Sequence record: KU935715.1
Source: Acinetobacter phage vB_AbaM_ME3
Reading direction: 5' to 3' (one strand)
Length of the DNA: 64,000 nucleotides
Shown here: positions 32,378 to 40,782 of the stretch, piece after piece
Layout of the letters: every line of letters starts with the position of its first letter
Numbering within the stretch: the first letter of the stretch is position 1
Notes under the pieces: generated by a model
Database searches by the model: none
Told to the model about the DNA's origin: nothing
The model's input: only the letters and a program-made list of their open reading frames with translations
Translations under genes and position numbers: made by a program

Positions 32378-32718
32378 TATGGCCCTCTAAATCATCTGAA
32401 ATATCTGTAGCTTTAGTAATATCGAAAATTCTACTTGCAATATTAACTCTAGCTTGATGTCTTTTATCAACTTCTCGCTTATCAAACTCTCCGCTTACAA
32501 TAAACACAACTATAAAGAGAGTTATTAAAACTGTAACTATTTAACTTAAAACATTGCTGACATCTAATTGTAGTACTTTTAAGATCTTTTTCAGAATAAG
32601 TTAAATATCTATCAGCAGAATACACTATCTTTTTTGCAGTATGACGAAATACAGTATTAATAAAGATGTCTACAAACTTAGTTTTATAACTAATTTGATT
32701 AAATTTTTTATACTTCAT
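32370..32718 (-). CDS. small zinc-ribbon protein (CQQC...CVYC) with a possible 36-codon C-terminal extension via a +1 shift at CGG 32491..32493
   Basis: The 0-frame reads AAG CGG AGA GTT TGA. The +1 frame stays open for 36 codons and stops at a TAA that overlaps the next gene's ATG. Confidence 0.4.
32491..32493 (-). other. candidate +1 frameshift site (AAG CGG AGA -> GGA GAG)
   Basis: Same CGG-A context as the homology-verified sites. Confidence 0.35.
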
Positions 32719-33423
32719 TTATAAATTATCTCCAATTTTCTTATTTAATGTCATAAGAATATCAAAGTCTCTTAATAAACTAGAAGTTAAGTTATAAAAT
32801 TCTAAAAGTTCTGCATAGCTTACAGAAGGATTACTATCTAATTCTTTACGAATTTCTTTTACAACTGGTTTAGATTCTTCCTTAGGAGCTTCTTCTTGTT
32901 CTTCACAAATTAAATCCAATACTTTAGTAGTATCTTTAATAACTTCTGTATTAAGAGAATCTTTAATAGGAAGAGAAGTAACTTTAGATGTAGGTTCAGA
33001 AGAAGTAAATCCACTAACTGTAGTAGTATAACTAGTCAAAAAGGTTTTAAGCTTAGTCCATGTAGTTCTTTTTAAGGCTTCATTCTTTTCGTCAAACAAT
33101 TCATCTAAGTTATTAAGTAACCCAAGAATATAAATGCGTTTAGTATCGTTTTGATAATAACGAGAGAAAAACTTAAAAGGCTGTTCTCCAATTATTTGAC
33201 CAGTCTGAATAGAAATTTCTGTATATGTCTTGTTTAAACATATAACATAATTCTTAGAGCCTTCTTCTTTTAATAAGGCTAAATATTCTTCTTCTGTTCT
33301 AAATTGAATTTTAGAAATAGGAAATTTGGCTTTATCTAAAACAACAGTCAAAAATTTATTTAATAGTGTACTTGTTTCTATCTCTGAGTTGTAAACAACA
33401 TAAATATTAGAATCACCAACCAT
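32719..33423 (-). CDS. hypothetical protein
   Basis: ORF track. Confidence 0.4.
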   Translation of the reverse strand: MVGDSNIYVVYNSEIETSTLLNKFLTVVLDKAKFPISKIQFRTEEEYLALLKEEGSKNYVICLNKTYTEISIQTGQIIGEQPFKFFSRYYQNDTKRIYILGLLNNLDELFDEKNEALKRTTWTKLKTFLTSYTTTVSGFTSSEPTSKVTSLPIKDSLNTEVIKDTTKVLDLICEEQEEAPKEESKPVVKEIRKELDSNPSVSYAELLEFYNLTSSLLRDFDILMTLNKKIGDNL

Positions 33424-33842
33424 AAACTCTCTCCTTTGCTTTATTTAATAATACTTGTAAACCTTGTACTTCTGCCATAGAAAGAACAAGACTGAGATTT
33501 AAATCTCTTACTCCACTTTCCTCTAGTTTTAAAACTAAAGAATTAAGTTCACTAGTTTCATATTCCATACTAAAAGCTTTATAGCCTGTAGGAGTAGTAA
33601 ATTTAATTAAAGATGAAGTTTGTTTTGTATCATTAAACAATACTAAAAGTTGATCTATAGCATTTGCTGAAATCTTAAAACTAATTTTATTGTTTACCCA
33701 ATCATAGATATTATAAGTATCACGATTGTGAAGAACTGGAGCTGCTTCTACGTAAAGACATCCGTGTAGAACTTCCATCAGCAGGATGAAGAGTAAAACG
33801 GAAAGAGGTATCTTTACTGTAATAAGTTGGTTGAGCTAACAT
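33413..33842 (-). CDS. hypothetical protein, N-terminus possibly via a +1 shift at CGG 33762..33764
   Basis: The upstream ORF MLAQPTYYSKDTSFRFTLHPADGSST reads ACA CGG ATG in frame. The +1 frame is the track ORF (GCLYVEAAPV...). Confidence 0.4.
33762..33764 (-). other. candidate +1 frameshift site (ACA CGG ATG -> GGA TGT)
   Basis: Same pattern; no homolog was available to confirm it. Confidence 0.35.
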
Positions 33843-33891
33843 ATTATTTGAATAACCTTTTTATAAACTTTTTATAATCTATTTTATTTTC

Positions 33892-34443
33892 TTATTTTGA
33901 TAAAGCTGTACGAGACGAGCAATATTCAAACTTACGATTACGAATCGATTTAATGGAATCTTCAGTCCCTTTATAACGTTTTAACATATCACTATAAAGA
34001 GTTACATTATATCCTTTATCTAACAATTCAGTTAGAACAGTTTTATACATACCATGTAAGTCTACACCACAGATATGTATTTCATAGTCTTCTGGACGAA
34101 GAACAAAATCTAAATCTCGACCACTTAATTGTAATTTCGTACCATCTTCTTGAACTACAGATAGTTCATTAGTATGGTCAATAAGATTAGTACTATTTAA
34201 ACGTAAATTAACAATACGTTGATTACGAATACCATTAAATACATTAACATCTTTACGTTGATCTTTAGGACCAAGAACGTCAATATAACCAAAGAATTTA
34301 TCTTTGTTTTGATCAATAAGGGATTTAATACGAGAATCTAATTCATTAGTATGTTGGAGCTGTTTATGAGAATTAGTTGAAAAAAATGTATCAGCTACGC
34401 CAGAAACTAAGAGAATGATATTTTTGTTAGATTGTTGAGTCAT
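33892..34443 (-). CDS. isochorismatase-family hydrolase (nicotinamidase PncA-like)
   Basis: N-terminal IILLVSGVADTFF (isochorismatase D..F) and a catalytic-Cys segment EIHICGVDLHGMYKTVL. Confidence 0.45.
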   Translation of the reverse strand: MTQQSNKNIILLVSGVADTFFSTNSHKQLQHTNELDSRIKSLIDQNKDKFFGYIDVLGPKDQRKDVNVFNGIRNQRIVNLRLNSTNLIDHTNELSVVQEDGTKLQLSGRDLDFVLRPEDYEIHICGVDLHGMYKTVLTELLDKGYNVTLYSDMLKRYKGTEDSIKSIRNRKFEYCSSRTALSK

Positions 34444-34505
34444 TACGAACTCCTTGATAATTGGGTTTAAAGGGAAAAAGATTTTTATTTATTACGAATT
34501 AGAAC

Positions 34506-34676
34506 TTATTGATTGTCTTCTAATTCTTTTACACGAGCACGTAAAGCAGCAAGTTCTGCATTAGTAGCACTTAAGCTATTAATAAGAGAACGAATAAGAG
34601 CTGATTCTTTAGCTACACGTGGATCAAGAGTTGATTGAATATTATCAACTTTCACATTTAATTTACTTGGATTCAT
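34506..34676 (-). CDS. small coiled-coil protein (56 aa), absent from the ORF track
   Basis: ATG with an AAGGAA RBS 8 nt upstream: MNPSKLNVKVDNIQSTLDPRVAKESALIRSLINSLSATNAELAALRARVKELEDNQ*. Confidence 0.5.
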   Translation of the reverse strand: MNPSKLNVKVDNIQSTLDPRVAKESALIRSLINSLSATNAELAALRARVKELEDNQ

Positions 34677-34688
34677 TATAAGTATTCC

Positions 34689-34982
34689 TTAGTTAGATTG
34701 ATTTTGTAGATGAGTATTAACTAATACTTCTAACGCAGTCAATCGATTATTAATATTATTAAAAAGAGAATCAACATAAACTCTCTGAGCTAAACTAAGA
34801 GGTTTATTTTCATCTAAAGTATTTTCTACTAAAGGTATTCCTAAATTAATTTTAAGATCTTTTAGTATATAATTTTTAATTGCTGATACATTTACATAAT
34901 TTTGATTTGAAGTATTATTAATTATTTCAAATTCTTCATTACCTGTAAGAGAATCAGTTTGGTTTAAATTATCTGTTGTCAT
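34689..34982 (-). CDS. small protein with a tail-fibre-type motif (DENKPLSLAQ) and coiled coil
   Basis: ORF track; motif shared with the fibre N-terminal repeats. Confidence 0.4.
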   Translation of the reverse strand: MTTDNLNQTDSLTGNEEFEIINNTSNQNYVNVSAIKNYILKDLKINLGIPLVENTLDENKPLSLAQRVYVDSLFNNINNRLTALEVLVNTHLQNQSN

Positions 34983-35292
34983 CTTGACGTTTTTTCTTTA
35001 ATTCATTTATTTCAAGTATAAGCATTTGAATAGTATTATTTAAAACTTCAACTAATCCTTCTAAACCAGAAAATCTTTCTTCAAGAGGCCTAGGAAAAGA
35101 ATATGAAAATTCAGGAGGAGTTATAGAATTTGTTGTGTAATAATAATTAGGCGATCTTGTTGTTGTGACATAAGATTCTAAATCTCTTATTCTTGCACCT
35201 TGAGGTTCTGTGTCTAATATAGTACTAAATACACCGTCAAAATCAAAATCTCCAATACTTATACCATCAGTATTGTTTGAATTTATTGTCAT
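34969..35292 (-). CDS. hypothetical protein (start placed at the internal Met with an AAGGAAA RBS; the upstream 29 codons are probably 5' UTR)
   Basis: RBS AAGGAAAT 8 nt before ATG(MTINSNN...). Confidence 0.35.
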   Translation of the reverse strand: MTINSNNTDGISIGDFDFDGVFSTILDTEPQGARIRDLESYVTTTRSPNYYYTTNSITPPEFSYSFPRPLEERFSGLEGLVEVLNNTIQMLILEINELKKKRQDDNR

Positions 35293-35384
35293 TGGAATGA
35301 TTTCCTTATAATTAAATTTGGAGAGGATAGAGAGGCACGATCTCTCGAAAGAACTGGTCGGAATCCGTCTTTCCACCATGTACC

Positions 35385-35415
35385 CTCTATATGCTTAAAC
35401 ATCTTGCATATAGAG
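35385..35415. repeat. 10-bp perfect inverted repeat (CTCTATATGC..11 nt..GCATATAGAG) in the leader region
   Basis: Read directly from the sequence. It lies in a GC-richer leader containing a further stem GAGAG..CTCTC. Confidence 0.5.
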
Positions 35416-35547
35416 TGAAATAAATTCTATTTATTAACTAAGTATTGTCAATTAATAAATAGAATTTATTTGTTCGTAAAGAAGTTTTATAGGATTAGTG
35501 ATAAGACATTCTTATATAATCCTATAAACAAAAAATGCTAATAACCC

Positions 35548-35880
35548 CTAAAGATTATTAGCAATAAAAGATTCTAATGCAGCTACTCTATTTTCAAGAG
35601 CAGATACATAAGTAGTAAGAGTAGATAGATGTGAATAAACACCATTGAAATTACTATCAATATAAAGCTTTTGAGCTTTAGATACAGGCTTATCAATATC
35701 ACTAGTGTTATTTAATCTATCTAAATTTAAATTAACTTTAATGTCTTTCAATACCCAAGCTTTTAGTGTATCAGTACGAACGTTTCCAATACCAACATTA
35801 CCTAAAGGGATTGCTTCTATTCCTGTTAAATTAAATATTTCTCTTGTGTTTAAAATATAGTCATTTGTATATGGAAGCAT
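35548..35880 (-). CDS. small protein with a tail-fibre N-terminal-type motif (NNTSDIDKPVSKAQ) and coiled coil
   Basis: Motif also present in the giant fibre and the collar fibre. Confidence 0.45.
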   Translation of the reverse strand: MLPYTNDYILNTREIFNLTGIEAIPLGNVGIGNVRTDTLKAWVLKDIKVNLNLDRLNNTSDIDKPVSKAQKLYIDSNFNGVYSHLSTLTTYVSALENRVAALESFIANNL

Positions 35881-35890
35881 AATTAAACTC

Positions 35891-36442
35891 TTAAAAGAGA
35901 ACTGATTCTACTTCAGAGATAGTATTTGCAGCATTAATTGCATCTCTAGCTAGTCTTCCTCTCCTGTGCAATGCAGTAACATGATTTCCTAAAGCTAAAG
36001 CTAGTTGTTGAATTTCTTCAACACTAAGTTCAACTACAGTATCATCTGCTAATGTCCAAGAGACAGGTTGATTAAAAAGATATGCTGCTAAGATTCTTCC
36101 TTGAGAAATATAGTCTGAGTCAAATGGTTTACCATTTAAGACAAATCCTCCAAATTCTTGCTTATTTCTCTCTAGTTTAATCTCTTCCCATTTGAGAGTT
36201 TTAACTTCACTTAAAGAACGAGAGTCCTTCCAAGTTCGACTAACATAATCAAATTTAAAGTAGTAAGCTGGAGGAGAACCAATAGGCATCCAATCAGTAC
36301 CTGTCCAATAATCAGTTGATCTTGGAGGAGGTAATAAAACTGTTGAATGATTTGGAGGAGTTTGACCTATAATTTCAAATGTAGTTCCAGTTAATGTTTT
36401 TATATACTGACCATATTGATTAATTAAATATTCAGTTTTCAT
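35891..36442 (-). CDS. tail-fibre-assembly/chaperone-like protein (DUF4376-like), paralog A
   Basis: Tandem paralog of 36448..36993. Shared W..K.EE.K..R......F.....FDSD..SQ.RI......G..VSWTL.D.....LSVE....L...L..H. pattern. Confidence 0.4.
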   Translation of the reverse strand: MKTEYLINQYGQYIKTLTGTTFEIIGQTPPNHSTVLLPPPRSTDYWTGTDWMPIGSPPAYYFKFDYVSRTWKDSRSLSEVKTLKWEEIKLERNKQEFGGFVLNGKPFDSDYISQGRILAAYLFNQPVSWTLADDTVVELSVEEIQQLALALGNHVTALHRRGRLARDAINAANTISEVESVLF

Positions 36443-36447
36443 TATTT

Positions 36448-36993
36448 TTACAATTCAATTGAATTTACTTCTTCTATAGTTGTAGCAGAATCTAGTTTTT
36501 CTCTAGCTGTTCTACTTCTATCATGAATACTTGTAATATGAGTAGAAAGTACTATTTTTAAATTATTTAAATCCTCAACAGATAAATCAATAGTAGAATT
36601 ATTCTTCAAAGTCCAAGAGACAGGAATACCTAAGCTAATAGCATTAAGTATTCTTGTTTGAGAATTTAAATCGGAATCAAAAATACAGTCTTTGTATTCA
36701 AAGCCAGCATCTTCTAATTCTTGTCTTTGGTTTTTAAGTTCTTCCCACTTAGATTTTTTGAACATATCTAAAGTTCTAAAGTCTTCCCATTGTTTAGTTT
36801 CATAATTAAATTCAGAAAATTCATTAGGCTTATTTGGGATGGGGATAAAATTTTCCCCATCCCAATAACTATTAATATCAGTACAAAATTGATTAATAAT
36901 AATTTGATTTTCAATAAAACAATAAGAAGGTTGTTTAGGTCCAGAAGAAGTCATATAGACTCTTCCAGAAAGATCAACAATAGTATATGCCAT
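36448..36993 (-). CDS. tail-fibre-assembly/chaperone-like protein, paralog B
   Basis: See paralog A. Confidence 0.4.
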   Translation of the reverse strand: MAYTIVDLSGRVYMTSSGPKQPSYCFIENQIIINQFCTDINSYWDGENFIPIPNKPNEFSEFNYETKQWEDFRTLDMFKKSKWEELKNQRQELEDAGFEYKDCIFDSDLNSQTRILNAISLGIPVSWTLKNNSTIDLSVEDLNNLKIVLSTHITSIHDRSRTAREKLDSATTIEEVNSIEL

Positions 36994-36995
36994 AA

Positions 36996-39900
36996 TTAAG
37001 CCTTAAATAAAATAATATCAGATTTTAAAGAGTTTGAATCTGTAGTTAAAAAGGTAAAAGAGTTTTCACCAAAAACTTTCCAAACATAACTCAAATAAGC
37101 ATCTCCAGATGGTGATATTTGTAATGAAATTTGATTTTGAACTACTCTAAGTAAATCTGAATCACGTAAGAATAGTAAAACATTATTATTTTGAGAGCTT
37201 TTAATAGCATATCCTGAAGGAGGGTCTACTAAATAATTAACACCATCTCTTAATCCTATACTACTCTCAGTTGTTATATATAGAGCTATACTGAGTTTAT
37301 TTGTAGTATTTGTTAAAGAAGAGAATCTTGATTCTGAGTTGGTTCCTAATTTGGCATAAGCTCTATAAAATTCACCATCAATAGTTCTGGTTTCATCGCC
37401 AGCTGTACCATTAATAGCAGGACGTCTAAAAGTAGTTAACACTAAACATTTATTAATTCTGCTAGGTTGCAGACTTCCAAACCAAACATTGCCATTTTGA
37501 GTTATACTGGCATACTGAGTGACAGAACCATTTTTCATTTGTAAAGTATCCACGGCTAAATCTTTAATATTAGCTGTATCAACTTTGATACTACCTAAAT
37601 TAGCACTAATTGCACTTAAATCAGTTACATCAATACTTTCAGCTTTAATACTTTTAGTTACAATGTTACCACCATCGATTCTAGTAATATTACCTTGAGA
37701 GAATTGAAATGGTTTAGTTTGACTAGCAGATACTTTTTCAAGCATAAACCCAGTCCAGTAAGTTGTAATACCAGTATTTACATTTCTAAGATAATAAGAC
37801 AAATATGGATTAGTTCCACCAGCTGTAAACTTAATATACACTTGTTTCCAACCATCGGAAGCAGATAATACTAGATTACCAGTTCCAGTTCCCGTACCAC
37901 CAGATGAAGTAGCTCCTTCTCTGATAACAGCAGCTAAATTAACTGAAGTTGCAGTAGAAGAAGTTGTTCTAACATAAGCACTAAGAATATACTGTTGTCC
38001 AGTATCTAACTTAAGCCATGCATTAGTAGTGTCACTAGATGGATGCAAATAATAATATGAGTTTGCAGAAGTAGAGACATGCTTAAAGCTATTAGGACCA
38101 AATAATGGATAGTCTTGACTCAATGTATTTGTAGCTCTTTCACCATAACCAGAAGGAAGTGTTGAGTAATTCGAGAAATTATCTAAACCTCCATAAATCA
38201 TATTACCAGAACTTAACAGAATTTGATCTGTAGTAACTGTATCTGATGCAATCTTACCACCATCAATACTACCTCCGCTTGCAACCCATGCTGTATCAAT
38301 AGCTTGAGTAATCAGAGTTCTCTTTTCATAGTAAGTAGCAAAATTAGTATTTAAAGTTGCACGTACTACATCAGAAGTAACATTAAGATTAGACAACAAA
38401 GGATTAACTTGATTAAACAAAGTTGTATAAGCTGTGTTATAAGCATCTTTAGTTGCAGTAGCAATTCCATAAGAATCAGCAGTAGCAGAAATTGTAGTTT
38501 TCTCTTTTAAGATATTATCCCAAATAAGTTTTAACTGTTTTTTCTCTACAGGTGTTAATTTACCATCCGCAGCAATATCATCCACAAGGGAGTTTGCATT
38601 AGCTAAGTTCATAACTACTGTAGGGTCAACTTCAACTACTTTAGCATTAGCTACCCAAGTTGTAGTAGATGTTCCACCATTATAGTAATTCAACCATCTA
38701 ACTGCTATATGAGTGGTAGTCGGTAACATTCTAGCATTTAATAGAACATTTTGACCTATACCTTTCATCATAGATGCCCCAGTTCCAGCAGGCATGATAT
38801 AAGCTGTTCTCTTAACCCAATCTAAATGAGCAGCATGACCACCAGACCAGAAATAAAAGTTAGTATTAACAGCTGAATTATCAGCTCCAGTATCATTTGA
38901 AATACCATGACACCCGATAACAACTCCAGCTTCATTATAACAATGAAGACCAAAATAATCAGTACCAGCAGTATTATTACTAGCTTTCATCCATATACTA
39001 ACTTCATATGCTTTAGAAGGGTCTACAACAAATTTATCTGATAATGCCATAACATCACCAGTTGTAGTGATAGTATGAACAGGTACTGTATAACCAAGGA
39101 AAGCTTGATTACTGACAGTACCAGCACTCCATCTATCAACATTACCACTTCTAGTTACGTTATTAACTAAATTACCAGTAGTATTATCAACATACTTGAT
39201 CAAATCTTCAGGAGCAGGAGACCAAGAAGTATTTCTATTACCAACTTCAAATTTAAAATTGGTTATAGTTAATACACCTTGGAATGCATCTAAACGAATT
39301 TGAACTAATGTAGCAGCAGATGAGCTAGTTACTCCAGACATTTTCCCAACATAAAAGCCAGAAGAATTTGAAGCAGATACTGTAACAGATGGAGCTCCAG
39401 CTGCCCAAGGTACATTAGATAACTGAGGAAGAAATCCTCCAGTTATAGTAGACCCAGATACAGACCAATTAAAACTTACAGTAAATTCATCATTACTATA
39501 TTTTTTACTTAGATTTCCAGCAGTATCATTTAAATAATAAGCTGTTAAACTTTGGTTACCTGTATTGTTACCTGTCAATGTAATAGCATTATCAGTATTA
39601 AGGGCTAAGTTAGTACCACCAACAGATACTTTATCAGTATAAGTCTTAGCACTATCTGCAATTGCCTTTAATAGTTCAGATCTTCTTAAATAATAAGTGG
39701 CAAACCAACTTTGGAACGTACCTCTGGTAATATTACTTGTACTACTCATGTTGCTTAATAATGGAGGAATATTTGCATTCAACGTATCATAAGCAGCACG
39801 ATAAGTAGAGATTGAAAGTCCATAATTAGAAGCTTGCGCTTCATAGTTAGCTTTCTCATTAGTAATTGAGTCCCATTCAGTTTTTAACCATTGTTTCTCT

Positions 39901-40556
39901 AATGGTGTTAACTTATTATCTGAAGATATATCAGATAAGACAGAATTAGCAGTATCAGCATCAGATTGAGCTTTTGCAATACTTTGTAAGAAAGTAGTTG
40001 GAACTAATGAAGCATTGTAAGCCATTGGTGAAATAGTTTGACCGCTTACTGTATAAGCTGTAGTTCTTAAAACAGGAGTTAAATTCTTTTGATGAGTAAT
40101 ATCATATTTTGTCCCACCTCTTAAATAAACATATTCAACAGAGCTATTGCTCATTTGATTAATATTCATTACAGGTGATTGACTACTTGTAGTCCAAGCG
40201 TAAACAACAGTTGTAAAAAATCTATTAACTACTTGAGCTCCCCAACCCGATGCACTAGATGACCATTCAACATTTAAAGAGAATGTTCCAGTGTTATGAG
40301 ACGCCCAAGGAGCAGTATACCTACTTAAAGGAACATAAATTTTAAAGTTATATTGACTAATACCTTGAGCAAGTGCAAAGGTAACTGGATAATAAGTGTT
40401 AGAATCTAAGCTGGATAAATCTATAGTAGTAGTTCTATCAGATTTTTGTTCATCTGAAATAGCCTTTAATAATTCAGAACGTCTAGCATAGTAAGTAGCG
40501 AACCAACTTTGGAATGTTGCTCTTACTACATTACTTGTAGTAGACATATTACTCAA
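36996..40556 (-). CDS. tail fibre protein (1186 aa) with three copies of the shared junction module
   Basis: The module (KLTPxEKxxLKxxW...LLSN(M/L)xxTSxxxRxTFQxxFATYY) occurs at residues 1, ~215 and ~690. A fourth, frameshifted copy lies just upstream (40557..40740). Confidence 0.7.
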   Translation of the reverse strand: MSNMSTTSNVVRATFQSWFATYYARRSELLKAISDEQKSDRTTTIDLSSLDSNTYYPVTFALAQGISQYNFKIYVPLSRYTAPWASHNTGTFSLNVEWSSSASGWGAQVVNRFFTTVVYAWTTSSQSPVMNINQMSNSSVEYVYLRGGTKYDITHQKNLTPVLRTTAYTVSGQTISPMAYNASLVPTTFLQSIAKAQSDADTANSVLSDISSDNKLTPLEKQWLKTEWDSITNEKANYEAQASNYGLSISTYRAAYDTLNANIPPLLSNMSSTSNITRGTFQSWFATYYLRRSELLKAIADSAKTYTDKVSVGGTNLALNTDNAITLTGNNTGNQSLTAYYLNDTAGNLSKKYSNDEFTVSFNWSVSGSTITGGFLPQLSNVPWAAGAPSVTVSASNSSGFYVGKMSGVTSSSAATLVQIRLDAFQGVLTITNFKFEVGNRNTSWSPAPEDLIKYVDNTTGNLVNNVTRSGNVDRWSAGTVSNQAFLGYTVPVHTITTTGDVMALSDKFVVDPSKAYEVSIWMKASNNTAGTDYFGLHCYNEAGVVIGCHGISNDTGADNSAVNTNFYFWSGGHAAHLDWVKRTAYIMPAGTGASMMKGIGQNVLLNARMLPTTTHIAVRWLNYYNGGTSTTTWVANAKVVEVDPTVVMNLANANSLVDDIAADGKLTPVEKKQLKLIWDNILKEKTTISATADSYGIATATKDAYNTAYTTLFNQVNPLLSNLNVTSDVVRATLNTNFATYYEKRTLITQAIDTAWVASGGSIDGGKIASDTVTTDQILLSSGNMIYGGLDNFSNYSTLPSGYGERATNTLSQDYPLFGPNSFKHVSTSANSYYYLHPSSDTTNAWLKLDTGQQYILSAYVRTTSSTATSVNLAAVIREGATSSGGTGTGTGNLVLSASDGWKQVYIKFTAGGTNPYLSYYLRNVNTGITTYWTGFMLEKVSASQTKPFQFSQGNITRIDGGNIVTKSIKAESIDVTDLSAISANLGSIKVDTANIKDLAVDTLQMKNGSVTQYASITQNGNVWFGSLQPSRINKCLVLTTFRRPAINGTAGDETRTIDGEFYRAYAKLGTNSESRFSSLTNTTNKLSIALYITTESSIGLRDGVNYLVDPPSGYAIKSSQNNNVLLFLRDSDLLRVVQNQISLQISPSGDAYLSYVWKVFGENSFTFLTTDSNSLKSDIILFKA

Positions 40557-40782
40557 GAGAGTTGGAATGTTACTATTCAGTGTATTATAAGCTGCTGTAT
40601 AATTTGCAGCTGATACATTATAAGTACTTGCTTGTCCTTCATAATTCGCTTTTTCATTAACAATAGAATTCCCATTCTGTTTTCAAGAGTTGTTTTTCTA
40701 AAGGAGTAAGTTTCGAATCACTAGAAATATCTGACAGCATAGCATTTTAGCTTGAATTCAGCTTTTGAAGACTTTTGAGCAG

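Noticed and set aside
35365-35367. In-frame CGG at codon 5 of track ORF 34969..35379
   Set aside because: The first 29 codons of that ORF lie in a GC-richer leader with inverted repeats and are probably untranslated; a strong RBS precedes the internal Met. A +1 shift here would produce only a short upstream peptide terminating at the real ATG (ATGA overlap), so its status is ambiguous.
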